A stretch of 64,000 bases of DNA, from assembly GCA_943372645.1 (NCBI GenBank), contig CALRZN010000011.1:20200-84199 (forward strand), given 5' to 3'. The position numbers were made by a program, and so were the translations under genes. The notes under the pieces are model-generated. The model made no database searches. It had not been told where the DNA came from and worked only from the letters and a program-made list of their open reading frames with translations. The DNA is from Chitinophaga pinensis. GTDB taxonomy: Bacteria; Bacteroidota; Bacteroidia; Palsa-965. This document shows, one piece after another, positions 56,516 through 64,000 of this stretch. The first letter of the stretch is position 1, and each line of letters begins with the position of its first letter.

Positions 56516-58288
56516 TTACTGACCGAGTACGATCTGCACGCGGCGATTTTTGGCTTTGCCGGCAGCAGAAGAGTTGTCAGCAATCGGCTGCGACTGGCCA
56601 AAGCCTTTCGACTCGATACGGTTTACCGAAAGCCCTTTGCTTACAAGGTACTTTTTCACCGCAGCAGCGCGTTCTTCCGAAAGCAGCTGGTTTTTATCGG
56701 CGTTACCGGTATTGTCGGTGTGTCCGTAAACACCCAGTTTCAGGTTCTCCGCAACAACCGCGCTGTTTTTGATTTCTTCAAGAACTGCGTACGATTCCGG
56801 GAGAATTTCAGAACTGCCGGTAGCAAACTGGATTTCATACGACTTGGATGAAACCACATCCTTGATATCTTCTTTTTTGTAGTTCACCGCAATGGCTTCG
56901 CCGGTAAGCAGTTCCGGGTGGTTAGCAATTACAGTTGCGATAAACGATTTGTCAACCACAGTTGAATACTCCGGATACGTCGGATTGTCAACCGGGTACA
57001 GTTTTTTAATGATGTCGCCGAAGGTGATGTACACCGCTTTGTAACGGTCCAGTTTGTCATCACCCAGTCCGAAGGTGTTTGCCGCATCGGCCAGGTTAAA
57101 CGCCATAGAACCGCCCAGGTTCACTTCGTTGCCCTGCATGTCTTTTTCTACAATGCCGTCGTAGTATTTCATCCAGTATGCACCGTTCTGTTCGTTATAT
57201 ACTTTGGCAGAAACATCGGCAGCAAATTTTTTGGCATCGCTGAACGAACGTACCTGATCGCCGGCCTGGGCCAGTGCAACAATCAGGTTCTCCACATCCA
57301 TGCGGTGATCGTTCAGGTATTTTTTAATGGTGATGGTGATGTTCGGCATCTGGGTCGAATATTGCTTGGTAGAAGCAATGGTAACCAGTCCACCTTTTTT
57401 CTGCGCGATGTTAACGTCGCCGGGAGTCCAGGTAGCAACGGCATCCACGCCTACTTCAATTTCTTCGGCCGTGATTTTACCGTCTTTTACAATTTTGCGT
57501 TTTTCTTTATAGCCGGTGATGTAGTTGTTTGCAGCAGCCAGGAAGTCAGGTGCGGCAATCAGGTTGATCGCGTCTTTATCGTATGTTTTTTCATCCGGGT
57601 TTACTTTCAGGCCGTTATCGCCTGCCCATTTGAGCATGATGTTCATATCACCATCTTTCAGTACGCAGCATACGGTGCGGCCGATGGCGTTTTTCGGATC
57701 CAGCTTCCACGAAGCCGGGCCCATCAGCTGGTCTTCTCCATACGATTTACCCATGGCATAAAAAGCCACCGGCTGGTATTCCGGACCGAGCGGCTCCAGT
57801 TCTTTTGCAAGACTGGCAAAAAACACCGGCATACCGTCGCCCATAAACGAGGCGAAAACACCGGGCGTCTGCGGATCATTTTTGTAATCCTGCGCAAACT
57901 TTACAATGTCGGCGATGGATTTGAAGCAGTCGTCCTGGCGCACTACTTCCACCTGCAGTTTCGCATTGTCAATCAGCGAACCTTTGGTGGTCATCGGGCC
58001 GCCGTTGGCGTACATGAGCGGGAACTGGCTGTTCCAGGCCATCACTTTCCAAACAATCTTCGATCCGCCGTTGGCAGTCGGTTCTGCTGAAGGCAGGTTG
58101 TATTTCGTGGTCTGTGCCTTAAAAGACGAGTTCGGTTCATCCGGCAGGGCCAGTGTTCCTACAACAGTCGTTTTCAGTTCTGAATCTTTCGGCAGTTTGC
58201 TGAACCAGAAATAATATGCGGCATAAAGCCCTCCAACAAAAAGTGCAATGATTGCAATTTTACCAGCAGGTTTAATTTTAGTTGCCAT
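56516..58288 (-). CDS. ABC transporter substrate-binding protein (NMT1/TauA-like) fused to a C-terminal OmpA-like peptidoglycan-binding domain
   Basis: 590 aa; N-terminal membrane anchor, ~400-aa periplasmic binding fold. C-terminal ~110 aa ...LGVYGHTDNTGNADKNQLLSEERAAAVKKYLVSKGLSVNRIESKGFGQSQP...NRRVQIVL is a canonical OmpA/MotB C-domain. Confidence 0.7.
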   Translation of the reverse strand: MATKIKPAGKIAIIALFVGGLYAAYYFWFSKLPKDSELKTTVVGTLALPDEPNSSFKAQTTKYNLPSAEPTANGGSKIVWKVMAWNSQFPLMYANGGPMTTKGSLIDNAKLQVEVVRQDDCFKSIADIVKFAQDYKNDPQTPGVFASFMGDGMPVFFASLAKELEPLGPEYQPVAFYAMGKSYGEDQLMGPASWKLDPKNAIGRTVCCVLKDGDMNIMLKWAGDNGLKVNPDEKTYDKDAINLIAAPDFLAAANNYITGYKEKRKIVKDGKITAEEIEVGVDAVATWTPGDVNIAQKKGGLVTIASTKQYSTQMPNITITIKKYLNDHRMDVENLIVALAQAGDQVRSFSDAKKFAADVSAKVYNEQNGAYWMKYYDGIVEKDMQGNEVNLGGSMAFNLADAANTFGLGDDKLDRYKAVYITFGDIIKKLYPVDNPTYPEYSTVVDKSFIATVIANHPELLTGEAIAVNYKKEDIKDVVSSKSYEIQFATGSSEILPESYAVLEEIKNSAVVAENLKLGVYGHTDNTGNADKNQLLSEERAAAVKKYLVSKGLSVNRIESKGFGQSQPIADNSSAAGKAKNRRVQIVLGQ

Positions 58289-58337
58289 AGTGTACTTCTA
58301 TTTATCGTGTTAAAATTGTTCGTTTAAAATCTGAAAT

Positions 58338-59324
58338 TTATTTAAGCAGGTCGTTGTAGCTGTCGCTGTTGCCGCCGCTGTTCGTATTGGAATGTGTCAC
58401 CGGGTTTGCAGTTGACGTATTCAGGCGGAACTTGTCGTCGTTGCCAAATTCTTCCAGCATCTTAATGCCTTCCTGTTCGTAAGTTGCATTGTCCAGGTCA
58501 ATCGAGCGCATGAAGTCGGACGAATAGCTGATCGCCTTTTTCATGTTGGCCAGTTTGGTGGCAATGTCTTCTTTCAGGTATTCCATCGACTGCTCCACCA
58601 TCAGTTTCTTTTCCGGGTCGCCGTTAAAGATTTTCATGGCCGAAGTAAGCGCCTTGTTGCCTGATGTTACCGACTTGTACAGGTCTTTTTTCAGTTCCAG
58701 TTCGTTCTTCGCATCTTCGATGAGGTACGCACTGTTTTTGTGGATCTTGGTCAGGTAATCACCAATGCGCGCCAGGTTGTCGCGGATGGGCGTAAGCTGT
58801 TTGATGTACTCGTTGAGGCGGCCGATCTGGCGTGTGGCGTTGCCAAGTTCGGGCAGCATGTTGCGGTCTTTTGCAACCTGTGCTTTCACCACGAGTTTGT
58901 TCAGCTCGTCATTTTTCTCTTTGATCTTGAGATCAATTTTCTCTTTCTGCGCATCCACATCTACCGTTTGTTTGTAGAGTTTTTCGCGCTGCTCTTCCAT
59001 GTCTTCGATGTAATCTTCGGCAATCAGGAAGGGATCAAGCTCAATCACCAGGCCAACGAGTTTACGCATCAGCCATTCGTAAAAGTAATAGAGGCTGAGG
59101 CGCAGTTTGCGGTGTGTGATTGCGTACAGGAATACGAAAAGGCACACACAGGCTACTGCGAAGTTGAATGTATTCCACACCACGGTGGTGAGAATCGGTA
59201 CCACAAACCAGCCAACAGCAACAAGCGCTGCGATACCGGCAAGTATCCCGAATTTACCGCCCGGACGGTTCCAGTACGAGCGTAATTTTTCTTTTCCGTC
59301 TGTCGGGAAAATGTTCGTTTCCAT
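58338..59324 (-). CDS. Hypothetical membrane-anchored coiled-coil protein (weak TelA-like resemblance)
   Basis: 328 aa; two N-terminal TM helices then ~230 aa of heptad-rich sequence. C-terminal S/N/G-rich tail. Confidence 0.4.
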   Translation of the reverse strand: METNIFPTDGKEKLRSYWNRPGGKFGILAGIAALVAVGWFVVPILTTVVWNTFNFAVACVCLFVFLYAITHRKLRLSLYYFYEWLMRKLVGLVIELDPFLIAEDYIEDMEEQREKLYKQTVDVDAQKEKIDLKIKEKNDELNKLVVKAQVAKDRNMLPELGNATRQIGRLNEYIKQLTPIRDNLARIGDYLTKIHKNSAYLIEDAKNELELKKDLYKSVTSGNKALTSAMKIFNGDPEKKLMVEQSMEYLKEDIATKLANMKKAISYSSDFMRSIDLDNATYEQEGIKMLEEFGNDDKFRLNTSTANPVTHSNTNSGGNSDSYNDLLK

Positions 59325-59332
59325 AAGCTAAA

Positions 59333-59992
59333 TCAAAGAATGGTTTTAATTTTTTCGATATCACTGGTAATCTTGGTGAGCATGGCCTGGCAGGCTACGT
59401 TGTAACCGCCTTTGCTGCTGCTGATCTTGGCCTCCTCATCAATCACTTCTTTTTTCAGGGTGGTAATACGGCCCTGTGCTTCTGTAATTTCTTTGGTCAG
59501 CTTCTGAATCATTTCCGAATTCGACGCAATTTTCAGTTCCAGTTCTTTCACTAAGCTCTGGCGCGTCTGTATTTCCTGGCCGGCCTTTGCGGCAGCGGCT
59601 TTTTCAAATGCGGCTTTGTCTTTTTCCACCACCTGCAGGTATGCACCGGCCGTGCTCAGCAGTTTGTCTTTGGTCAGGCCCTGGATGGTGAGCGAAGCAT
59701 ACGTTGCACCGAACCGCGCTTTTTCATCCGGAATGTGCGCCTCCAGCGTGTCCATCATTTTCATGAACTCGTAATAATCCGGACCGGGCAGGTTGGTTTC
59801 GTCAAACAGTTTGTCGAAATGCCGCTCAAATTTGTCCAGTTCATCCTTGCTCAGGTTGTTGGCAAAAGTGGTTGTTACCGGTCGCGAGGTAAAATCGGCC
59901 GGCGGCACATCAGATGAAGATGATTGTTCCGTTTTCTGCGGATCTTCTTCAATCTCAACGAAAAAGCCCATTGCTTTTTTGAAAAAACTCAT
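59333..59992 (-). CDS. Hypothetical coiled-coil protein
   Basis: 219 aa; acidic N-terminus, C-terminal coiled coil ...KELELKIASNSEMIQKLTKEITEAQGRITTLKKEV.... Lies 9 nt upstream of the previous gene (operon). Confidence 0.4.
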   Translation of the reverse strand: MSFFKKAMGFFVEIEEDPQKTEQSSSSDVPPADFTSRPVTTTFANNLSKDELDKFERHFDKLFDETNLPGPDYYEFMKMMDTLEAHIPDEKARFGATYASLTIQGLTKDKLLSTAGAYLQVVEKDKAAFEKAAAAKAGQEIQTRQSLVKELELKIASNSEMIQKLTKEITEAQGRITTLKKEVIDEEAKISSSKGGYNVACQAMLTKITSDIEKIKTIL

Positions 59993-60265
59993 AGTTCGGT
60001 GGTGTTAAGCGGTTCAAAGATAATATTTTTTCCTCCCGGCGAACGGGAAAATTGACTGATGTTCCGCAGGATGAAAAATCGCGCAGAAACGTGCAGTAAT
60101 TCCGGGAAATGAGGAGGGAAAAATGAAAACGGTGTAGTTGTTTTTACATTTTCAGTTTGAATGGTGATAATGCAGTGAAAAACAAGCAGCAGCTACGTTT
60201 GTTTAAGACAAGCGCATTTTTTCTTTAAAAAAGTTAAACTGTACTGATTTTCAACTGGTTAATTT

Positions 60266-63200
60266 TCACAAAACACGAACACCGATCACGCAGATATCGT
60301 CCACCTGCTCGTAATTCCCTTTCCAGTTGCGGAAATGCTGTCCCAGTTTTTGCTGCTGCACGGCCGTACTTTCCGGCGACAATTCGGCAAGCAGTTTTAC
60401 AAAATTGGAGGTCTTGAATTTCTTGCCTTTTTCACCGCCGAACTGATCGGCATACCCGTCGGAACTCATGTAAATCAGATCGTCTTTTTCCAGCTGCAGT
60501 TCCTGCGCCGTAAACGGTTTGATGTTGCCCGCATAAATACCAATGGGTTGTTTGTCGGGGCGCAGATCAATTACTTCACCTTTACGGATGATGTACACCG
60601 GCGTGTTTGCCCCGGCATAGGCCAGCAAGCGCGTCTGCGGATTAAAACGGCACAGCGTGATGTCCATACCGTCGCTGCTTTCACCAAAATTTCCTTTTTG
60701 TTTCAGCGCCAGGATTACACGGTCGCGGAGCCGGTTCAGGATTTCGGCGGGATCGGTGATGCGTTCTTCGTTTACAATCTGGTTCAGCAATCCCGAACCG
60801 AGCATACTCATAAACCCGCCGGGAACGCCGTGCCCCGTACAATCCACCACCGCCCACAGCACCGCACCGGCATGATCGGAGTACCAGTAAAAGTCGCCGG
60901 ACACAATGGCTTTGGGCTGGTAAAAAATAAAATGATCCGGAAGTCCTGCAAGCATCGTCTGGCGCTCGGGCAGAATGCTTTGCTGGATGCGCTGCGCGTA
61001 GTGGATGGAATCGGTAAGCTCTTTGTTTTTCTCTTCAATGATTTCTTTCTGCACCTTTATTTTTTCTGCGTTCTGCACCACTTCCGCCGTGCGTTCGTGA
61101 ATTTCGGTTTCTAATTTTTCCTTGTAAGCGCGCGAAGCCCGTTCGCGGTAGCGTATCACATACACAATCACCAGCAGCGCGGCCCCCAGCAGCAGCAACA
61201 CAAACCACCACGTGGTCCAGAACGGACGGCTGATTTCAAACGGCAGGCGGAGCAGTTCACTCTCGCGACCGTAAGCGTTGGTCATTTTTACTTCCAGCAC
61301 ATACGCACCGTGATCAAGACTCGTAAAACGGAAACGGTTCGATGTGCCGTTATCCAGCCAGGTTGTATCCAGGCCAACCAGCCGGTAATAAAAACGGTGC
61401 GGTGTGGGTGCATAAATCTGGCTCGGACGCACTTCAAACGTAAGGAAGTTTTCGTTCCAGGCCAGGTGTACATCTCCTTTTGTAAATGCATCGCGTTGTT
61501 CGCCGCTGAGGGTATCCTCGGCAATGAGTACCTGCTTCAAAAACAGTTTCGGCTGCAGTCGGGGAATCATAATGCGGCGCGGATTAAACACCACCACCCC
61601 GTTCATCGAAGCCATATAAATTTTTCCGGCGTTATCGGTTTGCGCCACCGAAGGCATAAATCGGCCCAGGCGCGCACCAAGAAGATTACCGAAGCGGTAC
61701 CTTTTATCGTTTTTCGCATCCCACATTAAAATATCGTCGGCCATCGCAAACCAGGCAATGCCCTGCTTATCAATAATCATGGTATTCACCGTTTCGCGGC
61801 CGATACCGATTTTGCTGTTCAGCAGTTTCGCTTTACCTGTTTTGTAATCAAACGCATACAGTCCGTTTGCCGAACCGATCCACACTTCACCTGCAGGTGT
61901 CAGCATCGCCGAAGTAATCGTACTGTCGGGAAAATACCCTTCGCGTTTGTCGGGTCCGTAAACTTTAAACGATTTGTCTGCCGGATTAAAAATTACAAAG
62001 GCCCGTTCGCCGCCGGCAATCATCCAGCGCCCATCGGGCAGTATAAACGAATAGGTTTCCCGGATTTCAAAACCTTTCAGCGTTGCAAACACGTTCAAAC
62101 GGCCGGCCAGCTTATCCACTTCGTATATCCTGCTTGTGTTTATGAAGCTCAGGTAATCCTGGCAAAACAATTTTTCATGATACCCCTGGTGGCGAAAAAG
62201 AATGTTGAATAATTTCCGGTCATCCACGCATTTCAGCAGTTGCAGCCGGTCTGGAGCGGTATCGAGCAGTGCTGCCCCGCCGATGGTTATGGTCAGCATC
62301 TGCCCGTTGTCAAGCGTTTTAAAGTTACCAACCCGCGGATTTACATCCGATGCCACTTTTTTCGGAACGATGTTTTTAATCAGGCGTTGGTTTTCGGGAT
62401 CATACACCGAAATGCCGTTTTCGTTGGACGCATAAATTCTTCCGTCCGCACTGATCAGCATCTGGTTTACCGGAATCGGTTGCTGCGAACGGTTGGAGAA
62501 ATCCAGCTTCATGTTTTCCCACGGGCAAATGGAGAACTGCTGCAGACGCGGATTGTAGATGCTGAACGCACCCGATTCGGTACTGATCCAGATGTTTTCT
62601 TCGGGATCTTTGCGCACCGTCAAGATGTGGTTATCCGCAATGCTTGTCTCCTGCCCGATTTTAAAGGTGAGGTAACGCACATCTTTCGTCAGCACATTCA
62701 CCAGCATTACGCCTGAATTGGTTGTGGCAATCCACAGCCGGCCGCTTTCATCCACCGCATAATTGCGCGCATTCTCGAGGTTGTTCTGCGATTTTATAAA
62801 CTGTTTGCCGGTAACGCGCGATGCGATTTTGTTGCGTGTATCCAGGCGAATGAGGCAGCTGTATGTTCCGAACCACAGATTTTCGTATTCGTCGCGATAA
62901 ATAAAATTGGTGATTTTAATGGCTGCGCTGATCTGGAACGCTTCTTCCGCATCAATGCCGGTAAGGTATTCCGCCAGCGGAAACGGTGTAAAGGTTTCTT
63001 TTACCGGGTCGAAATAACAGGGATCGGCTTTCGGATTTTTTTCATCAAAAAAACCAAGCAGCACACGGCCGTCAGGCAATTCCAGGAAACCTTTTACCAC
63101 ATTGCAGGGAATGTTTTTCGGGCTGTCCGCTTTACTTCCATCACGCACATAAATTTTAAACGTGCCCTTGTCGCGGTCCATTTTCACCAGCCCGCTTCCC

Positions 63201-63658
63201 CAGGTCGAAATCCAGAAATTGCCTTTCGAATCTTCGCGGAAACCCGTAACGCGGAAGGGCGGAAACCCGCCTTTGCCCGTGGTATCAGCCGGGTAATGCG
63301 TAAACCTGTTTTCGAACACCTGGTAACGCGAAATACCGGACAGGTCGCTGTAACACACCCACAGGTCGGAGCGTTCATCAATATACACCGAACGTATTTT
63401 ATTGCTGAGCGGGGAATTCGCATCGGCGGGATTATGTTTCAGCTTTTGCGATGTGTAGCCATCAAAATACACAATGCCGTTTTCCGAAGCCATCCACATG
63501 CGGCCCTGTTTGTCCCAGTGCTGAAAATACGCCGGTTCGTCGGGCAGTTTTTCTTTGGCAAGCTGCTGAAAGATGGGTTCACCGGCCTGCTGCGCAGCAA
63601 GTCGGGTAACCAGGAACAGGAGTAAACATGTGTTGCGTAAATAGGTGTGCATAACCAA
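60266..63658 (-). CDS. Sensor PP2C-type phosphatase (SpoIIE family) with periplasmic two-component-regulator propeller/Y_Y_Y domain
   Basis: 1130 aa; signal peptide, propeller repeats, TM WWFVLLLLGAALLVIVYVI, coiled coil. C-terminal ...GDFYWYSDHAGAVLWAVVDCTGHGVPGGFMS...DGMDITLCRF...MSSDGYADQFG (SpoIIE/PP2C metal-binding Asp). Confidence 0.85.
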   Translation of the reverse strand: MVMHTYLRNTCLLLFLVTRLAAQQAGEPIFQQLAKEKLPDEPAYFQHWDKQGRMWMASENGIVYFDGYTSQKLKHNPADANSPLSNKIRSVYIDERSDLWVCYSDLSGISRYQVFENRFTHYPADTTGKGGFPPFRVTGFREDSKGNFWISTWGSGLVKMDRDKGTFKIYVRDGSKADSPKNIPCNVVKGFLELPDGRVLLGFFDEKNPKADPCYFDPVKETFTPFPLAEYLTGIDAEEAFQISAAIKITNFIYRDEYENLWFGTYSCLIRLDTRNKIASRVTGKQFIKSQNNLENARNYAVDESGRLWIATTNSGVMLVNVLTKDVRYLTFKIGQETSIADNHILTVRKDPEENIWISTESGAFSIYNPRLQQFSICPWENMKLDFSNRSQQPIPVNQMLISADGRIYASNENGISVYDPENQRLIKNIVPKKVASDVNPRVGNFKTLDNGQMLTITIGGAALLDTAPDRLQLLKCVDDRKLFNILFRHQGYHEKLFCQDYLSFINTSRIYEVDKLAGRLNVFATLKGFEIRETYSFILPDGRWMIAGGERAFVIFNPADKSFKVYGPDKREGYFPDSTITSAMLTPAGEVWIGSANGLYAFDYKTGKAKLLNSKIGIGRETVNTMIIDKQGIAWFAMADDILMWDAKNDKRYRFGNLLGARLGRFMPSVAQTDNAGKIYMASMNGVVVFNPRRIMIPRLQPKLFLKQVLIAEDTLSGEQRDAFTKGDVHLAWNENFLTFEVRPSQIYAPTPHRFYYRLVGLDTTWLDNGTSNRFRFTSLDHGAYVLEVKMTNAYGRESELLRLPFEISRPFWTTWWFVLLLLGAALLVIVYVIRYRERASRAYKEKLETEIHERTAEVVQNAEKIKVQKEIIEEKNKELTDSIHYAQRIQQSILPERQTMLAGLPDHFIFYQPKAIVSGDFYWYSDHAGAVLWAVVDCTGHGVPGGFMSMLGSGLLNQIVNEERITDPAEILNRLRDRVILALKQKGNFGESSDGMDITLCRFNPQTRLLAYAGANTPVYIIRKGEVIDLRPDKQPIGIYAGNIKPFTAQELQLEKDDLIYMSSDGYADQFGGEKGKKFKTSNFVKLLAELSPESTAVQQQKLGQHFRNWKGNYEQVDDICVIGVRVL

Positions 63659-63949
63659 GGAAGCGGAAAATTACACATTTCCCGGAATATCAGAATTTTT
63701 TATACTTGGCAATCGCGTCTGAAAATACACCGGCTCGGAATTGTAAAAAAATGAAGTTAGCGCGGATTTTGTGTGTAGTTCAGTGCGGTTGCTAATCCGT
63801 GCTGAACTAACGGCTTAAGCGCGGAGATTCGTGAACAGGAGTGTAATTATACACGCGCAAATCGTATGCTGTCACGGATTATCCTGCTCACATGCACCCC
63901 ACAAAACCTGTCAAGCGGGAGGCATGATCCGCGACAACATCAAAAAAGG

Positions 63950-64000
63950 AATGGCGAAGTGGCTTGCTTTTTTAGCAGCAATTGCCTTGATTGTTTCACA
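63950..64000 (+). CDS. Possible start of a membrane/secreted protein gene truncated by the window end
   Basis: ATG GCG AAG TGG CTT GCT TTT TTA GCA GCA ATT GCC TTG ATT gives MAKWLAFLAAIALI, a hydrophobic N-terminus. Only 17 codons are visible. Confidence 0.2.

Noticed and set aside
4005-62716. Long antisense ORFs opposite annotated genes (4005..4790, 7287..8279, 9554..10363, 16370..17476, 24192..25178, 27404..28036, 36643..37518, 39384..40214, 41589..42107, 45039..45755, 46480..47211, 49981..50778, 52605..53477, 57305..58090, 60335..61114)
   Set aside because: Each overlaps a gene with clear family-level motifs on the opposite strand. Compositions are skewed (R/H/C/F-rich, or P-rich opposite the glycine-rich gene). 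No recognisable motifs.
63659-63949. Structured-looking intergenic region (agttcagtgcgg...ccgtgctgaact) at the window end; possible ncRNA or tRNA
   Set aside because: No cloverleaf or conserved tRNA features (no GTTC-type T-loop in context, no acceptor pairing) could be traced. Just a single imperfect hairpin.

Overview
High-GC (~55%) chromosomal segment that looks like Bacteroidota, probably Chitinophagaceae-like. The basis is T9SS C-terminal sorting domains, SprB and MORN repeats, LytTR/HisKA_2 signalling proteins and parAB. Content from left to right: a minus-strand polysaccharide/nucleotide-sugar operon with a frameshifted GT4 (<1-5223). Next come a POT peptide transporter, a patatin-like phospholipase and mnmE. 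A 6-kb stretch follows (10.35-16.3 kb) in which nearly every intergenic gap holds a composite repeat element built around a perfect 28-bp palindrome, often with locus-specific tandem duplications. Inside that stretch are a GNAT-like gene, a VIT transporter, two tandem small membrane-protein paralogs and a membrane-anchored PEP-utilizing homolog whose domain order is swapped relative to PpsA. Then come a propeller-sensor histidine kinase with a LytTR response regulator, three T9SS cargo proteins, a giant MORN-repeat protein, a P-type ATPase, a bona fide ppsA, an SDR gene and mntR-mntH(Usp fusion). A second polysaccharide locus (acyltransferase-3, Wzy-like, Wzz) follows, then fumarylacetoacetase, parA-parB, a RES/Xre-type toxin-antitoxin pair, ribBA, an ABC transporter whose binding protein carries an OmpA domain, two coiled-coil proteins and a propeller-sensor SpoIIE phosphatase. 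No integrase, transposase, CRISPR array, rRNA or tRNA could be supported. Most six-frame ORFs opposite the annotated genes are antisense artifacts of the GC-rich coding strand. All functional calls rest on motif-level recognition by eye and need homology searches to confirm.
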